From NCBI RefSeq assembly GCF_964204645.1, contig NC_134025.1, positions 21,618,299 to 21,682,298 on the forward strand: a stretch of 64,000 nt of DNA, given 5' to 3'. The notes beneath the pieces were generated by a model. The model worked only from the letters and a program-made list of their open reading frames with translations, was not told the origin of the DNA and did no database searches. This document shows, piece by piece, positions 43,101 to 55,100 of this stretch (the first letter of the stretch is position 1; every line of letters begins with the position of its first letter). The DNA comes from Tubulanus polymorphus. Lineage: Eukaryota > Animalia > Nemertea. A program made the translations under genes and the position numbers.

Positions 43101-46100
43101 AAATTTGAAAACCAATGGTAACGGGAAATCAGTGAAATTAGCATGGCCGTTTCATTTTTATGTATGGAATTATCGGTTAAAGCGGATTTTTTTCGGGGGT
43201 TTTCAATCGCGTTGCACCCGCTTTGCTTTCAGTTTTTGCAAGTTTTCATCATTGTTGTTTTGAGAATTTGACTTCGTTATGATTTTCATATCGTGATTGT
43301 ATAAGCAAATCGATTGAAAAAATATGTATCACTTTTCAATAGGATCTCTGTCTTGAATTCTAAAGCGCACAACACGTTTTTACAGCGTTTCCTCATCTTC
43401 GAATCCACAACTTAGAAGTCAATTTCGTCTATATAGCCGATGTATATAACGTATGGTGATAATTCATAATGTTCGATTAAAATCAGCGGGTGCCTAAACT
43501 GCGATATTGTCATGAAGACAAACTTTTTAGACATGCATTATCAAATTATATTATGTTATATTCAACAACCAAATACTGTCAAATGTGATCATCCCTAGCG
43601 CACAAAACACGAAATTAAGCAAATAGATTTATGGTTCGAAAATGCCTTTAGAATGCTCGTAGATTTGTTGTTTGAAAATTTAGAATCAGCTGTTTGTCCT
43701 AATTGATAGAATGAATTTCTACTGTGTCCTATGTTGTTTCAGGCCCGTATTTACGGCAATTTACACTGTAGAAGCCTCGACTAAAATCCTTGCGAGAGGT
43801 GTCATTTTGGCGGAATTCACGTATTTACGGGATGCATGGAACTGGCTTGATTTTGCGGTCATTTCTTTAGCGTAAGTTTGAAATTATGTGAAAACGATTG
43901 AGTATTCCGAATATTTTTTGCCAACTGCGGTCGCGTGATCATCTCACCTCATGGCGAAGGTTAACGGGTTCGAATCTTCAAGGTCATGATAGGGTTGTTT
44001 AGTGGTCGTTGGTTGAAAGACAAACGAAAAATAACATGTTTCTTTTATCAATGAATATATCGGAGAATTTTCTTCTCGCCTTTTGTTGCAGATATTTGAT
44101 GTTTCTTGTTAAGAACTTAGGCAACCTTTCGGCACTTCGTACATTTAGGGTGCTTAGAGCACTGAAGACAGTAGCTGTAGTACCGGGTATGTATACGGTC
44201 TATACTCTAGGGCCGATAACGCTCAGAAAACATATCCGATAGTTTCGATTGACGAATGATATCAAATTTACTGAACCTCGTGTTTTTGTTGATCTTATCC
44301 GGTATCTGTTTTTAATGACGGGCGCATTCTATAGAAGTCGTCATTACGCAGACAATCCTATTTACTCGCGAAATCTTGCATAGAATAAAATATCAAACAA
44401 GTATTCTAGGGGTTGTCCATAAAAAATGGCCACACAAAATTGCAAAATTTTGACCCCCTCCCCCATATCCACTGAATGCCAACGTTGTACCTACCCCCTT
44501 CCCCCTGTCCATCGGACAAACAAGCAATTAAAGACATCAGGTATCCATTCATGCAAAGTAATGTTTTTTTTAATTTCACTTAATCGTCTATCATACGCTC
44601 TGGACTACAGTTTGTTATTCCAGACGTCATCTTGAAAACATATTTGAACTATTTCTCTTCTTATTCGAAATTGAATAACCCGAATGAACACATCCAAACA
44701 ACCACCCTCCCCTTTGTCCACAAAATTCCAAAGTTCCCAATCCCCTCCCTCGACCTTAGACGTCTTTTATGGACAGCCCCTTATACGATTACTATTCTCA
44801 ATCAGGAGTTTCGTACTTCGTCGTATATATAATCTGTCTCCTGAACAAAATCTAGATCAGTGGAGGGTCGGCGAAACGCATCGATTCCTGTGATGTATAA
44901 TGACTCAGATTACAAAAGAATTCGCTTAAAAATAAAATCAAAGGCGATCGTTGACTTTATTCTCGTTTATTTCAAACAATATTCAGGATTGAAAACTATC
45001 GTTGGCGCCTTGATGGAAGCCGTGCGCCGGTTACGCGATGTGATGATCCTGACTTGTTTCGTCTTGTCTATATTTGCATTGATCGGCTTACAAATTTATT
45101 CGGGTAGTTTATTACAAAAGTGTGTCAGAGATCCACCGGAGGAATATAACATAACGAAGGAGAACGACACCGATCCTGGCTGGCTAGCTTGGATCGAAGA
45201 TGAAAGTAAGTTACATATCAAACCCTTTTTCTTTTAACTCATCAAAATGTTTGATATATTGCGCCTTAACTTGCAACCATGGACATCAGGGGTGGATCCA
45301 GCGATTTGAGCAGAGGGGGTCAAGCGTAGTGTCTTCCCATTCAATGAAAAACGTATTCTCCTGAAATTTGACGATCAAACTTACAAAATGTGTGCATTAT
45401 CCACCTACAGTTATTTCTGGCAGACGCAGAAACAGCAGTCGATAAAAATTTGAATTGTGGTTAGTTTCATATTGATTGATATATCACAATCAGAAAATAT
45501 CGGAATACAGAGAAGGGAGTCGAGACCTCGTAACCCCCCCCCCCCTGAATCCGCCCCCGAATATGATGTTTTATTTCTTACTCACAAAATAGTTCTATTC
45601 CAGTAAACATGAAAACCGTGATAGAAATTGTCCATATATTTACCTTGTTTTTAGGTAACTATTACGAATACAATGGAGCCTATACGGGATTCATGGTCTG
45701 TGATCATGCTAAAAATGGCGGGTAAGGTGTAAGGCTGTATTTTGCATACTTCTGAAATTCATGCCAGTATACATGTCGAGATATCAAATAAAATGTATTC
45801 TTTTTCAAATATAGCGACCTTTTGGCAATGATAGTGTACTTGCGTTTTTGCTTGTACGTAATATAAGTGAAATTCCCGAACTTTTATGTTTCACATATGT
45901 GTATCCTATCTAAGATGAAATACTTAATCAAATAGAAAATATTGAATACGATAGCAAAGGTGATATACGTTCTTTTTCCGTTTAGATTGTGTCCACCTGA
46001 CTACACGTGCGTTAGAAACGTCGGCGAGAACCCAAATTTTGGATATACAAATTTTGATAATTTTGGCTGGGCTCTGCTCAGTTCCTTCAGACTCATGACG

Positions 46101-49100
46101 CAAGATTATTGGGAAAACCTCTATCAATTAGTGAGTATGGCGTTTAATTCTTTCTAATTGCGGGGAGAAAAATATTCAATAGAAAATAAAGCATCACACG
46201 CTTGTTCTATTAGTCGATAGACTCCATCCATTAAAGATGGAATGTGCAACAGTTTTCTGATAATCATCTCGACTCCTGTTCCCCTCGAATAACTATTTTT
46301 TAACTGATTTATAAAAGGGGATTGAGACCTCGTCAACCGGCCGTAAGCTTTTGTAAACTAAAACGCTAACGCACACTACGATTGCGTAACAAATACCAGG
46401 CCCGTGATCGAATAAAATTTTCAAAGCGCCTTTCAAAAAGTCAGTGTCGGAAAAATTCGGGCCAAGATTTTTCAACATTTGGATACAATTTCTTTGTTTT
46501 GGGAAAAGGTAAACTGTAAAGAGTGAAACTGTTTAAGCATTCCATAAAAGTTTTCACTTACTTGTAAATATGTTATTTTCTAATATTGGCGATATATATT
46601 ATAAACTTATAACCCAATAAAAATTGTTAATGAGACGTTGTTAAAGTGAAGGTTATCGAATAAGATCATAAGATCTCTCCTTTTTCGATAGGAAAGTGCC
46701 CATTTTTACGTTGAAAAATGCCCTATCTCTTGAAATGGAACTGCCCCTCAAAAAATCTCGGCAATGTATGCATGCGTTGTTTCTGAACTGTATCTAACCT
46801 CATCGAAATTTACAGATAATTCGTGCGAATGGGCCGTGGCATATGTTGTTCTTCATGCTTGTTATATTCCTGGGATCGTTCTACCTCGTCAATTTGATTT
46901 TGGCCATTGTCGCCATGTCCTACGACGAACAACAAAAGCAGGACAAAGCGGACGAAGAGGCGGAGGAGTTGCTGCGAAAGGTATGATACACAAAGTCATA
47001 GTCTGCGCAAAACTGTGTAGGCAACTGGTTTGCGAACGGCCGGATTGATTGATTCCCGATGCTTAGACTAGTCGCGTCGCAATCATCGTTATATTGTTAA
47101 TCGCTAAGAAATAAATAGTATCTGCTATTCTGAAATATTTCGATATCATAGTCGGCCATATTTACTTTAATATTTTTCTATATACGTATGTTTTATTCTC
47201 TCTAAGAACCTTTCATTACTTTTTGCATGCTCGAATATACTTTCAGTATACATTTGTTTATGCAATCTATCCTGATTTTGAAGAGTATGTTGTGCGATGA
47301 CTTTAAATCCTTTCCTTAATTGTCGTAAATCCTTCTCATATAGCTTGTATATATTGCTTTCTCGACGAGGAACTGATTAGACTTTGTCCAAAGATTTTAC
47401 GGTCATGCCTTTGACGGTGTTAAGGGCCGCATCGCTTTTCCATTTTCTTCATTTATCAGCTGTGCTTCGTTGATTATCTCTCAGAATATTGAGAACCTGA
47501 TTTTAGCATGCTCACCTTTAGATCTTTCCAGCAAAGACGGCCGATTCCGCGCCCTATATGAAATCTCTTATCACAATGGCGACGTTTATCAAATTCCACT
47601 AACGCTCGACGCGCTTGGCATTGCGAAACCCCTGAAACGCGAAACGAAGACTTTTCTTCTTCGAAACAGCGAAACAAGCTTCGCGCTTCGGCACTTAGTA
47701 AAGACAATAGGGTAAAATGCCGTTTGTTCCTTCGTGTTTCGCTGTTTCGCACTATTTTGTGTGGGGCTTTAATCGAGCAATTTGTTCGTGCATTATTTGA
47801 TATTAAGTGATGCCGCAAAGACCACCATCTCTTAACAAGCAAAAACCCACAGTTGATATTTCATAAGTTTGTTGTCTGACAGTTTCTGAGTTTATTCTAA
47901 ATCCATCATCAGAGAAACCAAAATGTTATAATGATGATATAATCATTACGTCATTTTGGTTTCTCTCTGATGATGGAGTTCAGATAAACTCCAAGCTGGC
48001 AGACAATAATCGCCTTAAATATCACTCGCGGGTTTTTACATGTTTACTCTAAATACGGAGATCAATATCAGTCCTTCACTTACGACCATCCTTTCTGGAA
48101 GGATCTAATAACTATTTTATCTATAGTTTTCGTGCCGGATATTCATATTTAGAACTTGTGATACAAGACGATGGCTGGTAATCGAGCAAACGCTCGGTTT
48201 GTTAGGTTTTTATGATTTCGAATTATTTTTCTGCTATTAAATTTGGCTTTTGTGCCTTGATCCCGTCGCTTAGGATTCCTTCTATTCGTTGGCGGAGTCT
48301 GGATTCGGTGGTACAGAGAATGTATGTAGGTCCTCCATGTTGGTTCATGTTTGATATATATACGTAGCCACCACGAACATAGTCACCAAAATATCGAACA
48401 TTTATCGATCGATGTTTATATTTCGTATGTTTCCGACGTCCTCGAATGCCAGTAACATTTTCCGACGAAATCGAACACAAAATATGGCAATCGGGGACGC
48501 ATAAATCGGATCGAAAATTCGTGATGAATTTTTGATTGGAACACGCGGTATTTGTATTTTTTTGATGGTTGTTGCGAGATTGTGTTTCTGACCGATTTCA
48601 TTTATTGCTTTTGATTAGTGTTCCAAAATTTGAAACAGTTATAATACGACGTACGTGTAATAAAAAGAAAAGCATTCGTTAGAAATTAAAGCATGATTGA
48701 CTTTGATTTTGTACTCGTTAAGTTAGCTTTGGTTTTAATCTCTTGTTTAAAACGGTTACGTTTTCAACTTCCCAACTTTTATTTTCGTTTATCGACCAAG
48801 TTGCATTTCTTATGTCGTTTCCCCCCTGATCACCGTCCACTTATAGCTGAATCGTACACGGGAAGACACGAAACCGAACCGAGACTTTCACTTCACTCAA
48901 AATAGCACGTCGAACATCCTCACCTTTTTCACGGATCACTATACGATGCATACTCATCACTTAATCACGCATAACGCATGATGAGAATTCTTATTCATTC
49001 AAAGATTATTCGCATTAATATACGTCTCTAAGTCTAAGTCTATACGGTTAAGTTGATGATATTGATATAATGATCCAACACTGTGTTTGGTACAATGACT

Positions 49101-52100
49101 ACTTCTAAGTGGAATAAGATTAAATCTATCTATCATATTTTGGTGCGAGTGTCATTAAAGACGACCGAAACCCGCCCAGGCGAATAAGTAATAATTCCGA
49201 TTCTCCGCTTAACAGGAGGAAGAAGATCGTCGAGAACGCGAAGAGGCAATGGATGATCAGAAGAGTCCATCGGTCGGTTCCTGTACGAGCATAGAGCTGT
49301 ACTTGAGTCGGCAGAAGCCGGATCGAGAGGATAAAGAACGGATTAGTATTAAATCGGATTGTTACGGATCTCAGGATAAAACCAGACGTCGGCTGAGTGT
49401 TCTAAACGGCAAAGTGAAAAAAGTAAGTCGTTCACGGCCGTATTAATATTTCTTATCATTCGTATTTGATTACTCGCAGAATCGGCTTTTATTGTCTGTG
49501 AATTATTGCTATTCTGGTTTTGCAGCCAAGCCTCAGTCTTCCAGGATCGCCGTTTGCGCCTAGAAGAGGCAGTCGAGGCAGTCAGTTCAGTTGGAAAAGA
49601 CCGAAACAGCATCACCATCCTCACCTACACAGAGGCGCCACGGATAGGACGCCGCTTGTTTTACCTTATATAGAAAACATAAACTTACCGTACGCTGACG
49701 ATTCAAATGCTGTGACGCCTTCGTCAGAAGAACTATGCACATTACAACATTCTCACCCCAACTTTCTGCAGGCACGACGTGCCAGCTTTTCATCCCACCA
49801 TAGCCGAGTATCCCACCTAGAAACGAACGGTCGAGCACCACCAGGTTCGCGTAGGAGTAGCTTCTCGTCGCAAAGAAGCAAACTATCTGCTCGACACTCT
49901 TATAGTTCACCTGCTGATGCCCCGAGTAAAACTAAAGAACTAGCAGCTCGGAGCAATAAAAACCGCGAAAATCGGGCAACGCATCCACTTTTACCTGAAG
50001 TAATCGTAGATAAACCGAAATCCGACGATAATGTAAGTTTAAGGGTAACTATCATATCTTCTCTTCTCGATTGACTACTTTGTGAGTACCCAGTGTTTCT
50101 TTTCGAGTACAAGGAGTCCTCGAACATTACTAAAGTAGTCGCGATTTCCTTTTCCCGCTTGTCATTGCTGTTAACTTAGATATTTCGATACTGGTACCTT
50201 CTTGTTCGTATATTCGACATTATCAAACTATGATCTTAACTCGATGGATTCGCCATGGACATTTTAGAGTCCACGAGCTAACTGAATGAATGCGCAGTTG
50301 ACATATAGATTAAAGAAGTCCCGAAATATAAGTATTTCAATAATATTTTTGAGCTAACAGCAGTCACTTGAGCTAACTTCTCGCTTCGTAGTCATAGCCT
50401 ATGCATTCAGTGTATTCATGATCAAAAATGAAATTTTACCTGTTTTATAACGTTAAGTAGAAACTGATAAAGTAAAGGGGTAAATGGGGTTTATCGAGCT
50501 TTCTTGAGAAAAACCGGACTCGTGACATTCTTTGACTGAAGCATATCGAACTATCATTGTCCTTTTACGTCAATGAATTATTCTATGTACCATAGATACA
50601 ACGAGACAAGGTCGACTATTCTATTTTGACGCACGAGCTCGTGCGTCACATAAAATAGTTAACCTTTACTAACCTGTACTACTCGCCTCATTGTATTCAT
50701 TATAGGTTTAACACGGCTCCTCTACGAATCTATGTACCAGTATTTCGTTGTATTTCCATCTTACTATGTAATTGAGAAAAAATAACTTGTTCACACTGTA
50801 AATTAGTGAGCGCATTTCCATCGACCGATGTATGCATGATATCACGTTTGCACGTTTCAGGAGTCTTCCAGTAGTGGGTCTGAATGTGATACGGTTAAGC
50901 AGAAACTGTTCGCGGACAACCCATTCATATGCCGAACCCCTAGCCAAACAGTCGTTGATATGAAAGGTTAGTTTTTCCTGACCCAGGAACTTCGGCGAGC
51001 ATCCTATATGAGACCACCGGTTTTAATTATATTGATTGGTTTCGTGTGATTTCAATCATTTGACCAACTGACCAAAAAACTATGACATCCGTTTTCTCCC
51101 CGTCCTAATTCAGTCGTTTAAAATCGAACGTAATAAAGGAAACAACATGGGCGTCACCAGACGATCCCCTTTTTAAACCAAAGTTCCGCATTTTTAAATC
51201 AAAAGATTTTGGTTTTTTCACTTTCCGGAAATTTCATAAATATTTTATCTCAAAAGTTCCGGAAATCGTCTCTCTCAAGCTTCGAATTTCAAAAATTAAG
51301 ACTATCTAAGAACATTGAAACATTCAGAAATGCTGGTTTGTCTTCGGCGCTTGGTGGATACGGTGCAATGTATGGAATATAGTTCTGCGTCTAATAATAT
51401 TTTACCCCTCCTTATAAAAATCCTGGTGACGTCCTTGTGAACAAGTTCGTAAAGAAGTGAATAAGAAGGAAAAGATGTAATTAAATCGTAGAATCTGTCT
51501 ATCAAGTTCCAGTATAATTGGAGGTGTAACATTTCATTATCTCTGGTACGATGCATCGAAATAGCCTGTTTCTTACATTCAATAAACCATATGTCTGATT
51601 TGTTAAGTCCGTAGTTTTCTGATCTATAAACTAAGTGACTTGTCCTTTGCGTGGTTGGTCGATAACCAATGTTTTTTCCGATCGTGGCCTGGAATCTCAT
51701 AAATTGCTTTCAAATGTCGTTCAATTAATGTGTTTTGCTTTGCATATGTAAACAATTTTCCTTTTCATGTTACAGATGTGATGGTTCTCAAAGATCTTAT
51801 TGATCACGCAGGAAAACGAAGGAGTACGTATATATACAAGATTGAGTATGAAACAAAGCCCTGTCGTCGCTTAGAACTCGCCATCGTTCTAGCCGCAGAG
51901 ATGAAATTATTGCGAACATTATCATTCCGTGAAGCATTTTTGAACTAAAAACGAGCTAAAGAACTCGAGCCATTGATGACACGGTTTTCAAGTTGTGAAT
52001 GCCAGGGGCAGATCCAGACGGGAGCACAAGGTGGCACGTGCTCCCGCAGTTTTACCGTGCCCTTTAGAAATTGCGATTGCAATATTTTTCTGCCTGCTAC

Positions 52101-55100
52101 TAACAAAACAGCGGTCCGCAGCGCAATTCTTAGCTTATGTTATCTAGAAATTGTATGAAAATGCATTGAAATTTTGAAATTTTGCAGACCCTTGTTTTGG
52201 CTGCGCGGATACTTAACTTAAAAGGAGTCAAATCTTAACTTACAACTGTGGAACTGGGTCCAGAATTGTAAAGATAAATACGGAAATGTGTGCATTTCTA
52301 TCCGAATAATATGTAAATGCTTTTTTATGTCTTTTTATGTCTTAGGTTTTATGAAAGAAGAAGGAATGGATAGAAAAGCATATTACAAAGCGAAAGCAAT
52401 CCATTGGTTTTGTACCTGGGACGTTCCAGACTGGTTTAAAACGGTGGAAAAAATATGCCAGTTTATCATACTGGATGCGTTTGCTGAAGTGTTTATCATT
52501 CTGTGTATTTTAGTTAACACTCTTTTTATGGCCTTGGATAAATATCCAATGGACAAAGACTTCGAACGGTCATTGCAAATAGGAAATTACGTAAGTACTA
52601 ACAATCCGGCGATCGGAATTTAATCAGGGTGGCCACTGACCTGGAAAACTCAGAGTATCGGAAACATCTAGAAGAAATCAGAGAAAACTCAGGGAGTTGG
52701 ACAAATTTATCGTTATCGACCATGCGTTTCTTATGAATATGTAACTCATTAAAGGTGAATGAATTGTAAGATTTTAAACCTAGAAACTCATCGGACTTAC
52801 TCGGGGAAAAATAAGGGAAAACTCAGGAGATTTGTAAATGAGCGGAAAGTGACCACCCTGTGAATAAGTAATTCCCTCTTTCATTCAGAGCGGGTATGAT
52901 GATGATTATGATCCGTGACCCGTTAACCAGTAGATCACGATATTTTACGTTGCTTAGATAGCGCTATGAACTGTGAAGTTTTTCGCGTTTCACTTGCAGG
53001 TGTTCACCGGGATATTTGCCGCTGAAGCGACTCTCAAAATCATAGCGTTGAATCCGAAGAACTATTTCACGGACGGATGGAACATTTTCGATAGTATAAT
53101 CGTCTTTCTCAGCTTCCTTGAACTAACGCTAGAAGGTGTACAAGGCTTGTCTGTTCTTCGTACTTTTCGATTGGTGAGTGGTGGAACCTTCCCTCGCCTT
53201 ATATTATTTTATTGAGTTGAAACGAATAGTACTTTATAGGTTAACTAGCTTATTAAACGCACGAGCTTTCGCTTCTAGTGTATAGTAGCTTCGTCAGGTG
53301 AATGATGAAGTACCATATATACATGTATGCGAAAGTGATAGCTCGTGCGACTAATAAACTAGTTAACCTTTAAAGTGTTCATCTCGTTATATCTATTCGA
53401 CACTAGGTTAACACGGCTTTTCTACAAATCTTAATTGTCTTGAAATTGGCAATATTGTATAAGGTGATGTTTTTTACCTTGATTTATACTACGTAATCAC
53501 CTATTCCTTCTTCATTCGTAATTTCAGTTGCGTGTTTTCAAATTGGCGAAATCCTGGCAAACATTAAATCTACTCATGGGAATCATTGCACGGACTATTG
53601 GTGCATTAGGAAACCTTACTTTTGTGCTTGGGATTATTATTTTTATATTCGCTGTGGTCGGTATGCAATTATTCGGACAATTCTACGATAAGGAGGAAAA
53701 TTGGCCCGGTGGTGATATTCCGCGATGGAACTTTTGCGACTTCTTTCATTCTTTTATGATAGTATTTCGTGTGTTGTGTGGAGAGTGGATCGAATCTATG
53801 TGGAACTGTATGCGAGTAGTAGATCCTAGTTGGCCTTGCGTTCCATTTTTCTTGTTAACCATGGTCATAGGAAATTTAGTGGTACGTATCGACGTATTTC
53901 CCGGGAGCATCTTCTGCGCTTCGTATAACGCAACCCGTGTCATTAAGCTATTGACCCTATTGCAGTAGACTCCGCTCAAGTCGGATCTCTTGGGATCGTA
54001 AAAATGAGTCCGACTTCAGTGATATCCGAGTTGGATGTTATGTATTTCGTATAGTGTCACAAAAATATTTCAATAACATCCGAGTTGATCGGATCCGACT
54101 CGGGCGGAGTCTATTGCAGTAAATAAACGAAAGCCTGTCGAACATTTTCAGGTATTATACACTCATTAGATTTTCTCCGTATATATGAAAGAATCATTTT
54201 CAGGTGCTGAATTTGTTTCTTGCTTTGCTGTTGAGCTCGTTCGGCGCAGAGAGTCTTCAAGCATCTCAAAGTGCTGATGAACCGAACAAAATGCAAGAGG
54301 CTGCCGACCGTGTCAGTCGGTTCCTAAACTGGGCCAAGGTTAAGCTCAGCCAATGTTTCAAAGGAGTCATCAAGAAAAAACGAGCGATTCCGCCGTGCGA
54401 AGAGGACCATGTCACTAAAACTGAAAACGATATGATGTTGGACGGAGACGGCCCGATGAGAAATGGCAGATTATGCGATACGCAAGACTCGCCGGGAAAT
54501 GAAGATAGAAAGAGCTGTGGCTCAGCAAACAAAGAAAAGGTTTGTTCATTTATATTGCATGTGTACATACTTCCATATCCAGGAATAAAGACACTCTAAA
54601 TATTTGGATGGATATATGAAAGCTGTGGGTACTGGAGTGTGTAATGAGTAGTGTAGTGTGATCTGTGTGCATTTGTGGCCAGCACACAGATCACATTGTT
54701 CATTGGGGTTTGGTCCAGGACTCGCGAGATTTTCAACAACACGGAAATAACGTGTATCAAATGATGACTTGAATTGCATGACTACCTAACCACCCCTCAT
54801 TATTGTTGGAAAACTAAACGTTCGGCACTGACTAAAAATTAGTAATAACATTTTAGAAATGGCCAGAATTTTAACTTAGGTTCTATCTCATTTTTATTTT
54901 ACAATTGCGATTGGTATAATCTTTTTTAAACGGCCGTTAAGGCTTATATTGTGCCTTAAAACCCTATACAACTTATATTGTGCCTTAAAACCCTAACAGC
55001 CGAAATAATTGAAATGCACACACGATTTCTATCATTGAAAATTGAGAGAGTGGCCATGTTTGTGTTTGCTGCTTCGCGTAAATCCCGCTCGGTGGCGCAA

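Noticed and set aside
43872-44986. Search for a duplicated exon 5 (5N/5A-like)
   Set aside because: Only one DI S3-S4 exon is visible.
45264-45277. CCTTAAC followed by AC in intron 6
   Set aside because: No upstream U12 donor for this intron and no exon-like sequence follows; it runs into a MITE.
48847-48981. Acceptor-like site followed by an open frame in intron 9
   Set aside because: No good donor and no recognisable Nav similarity.
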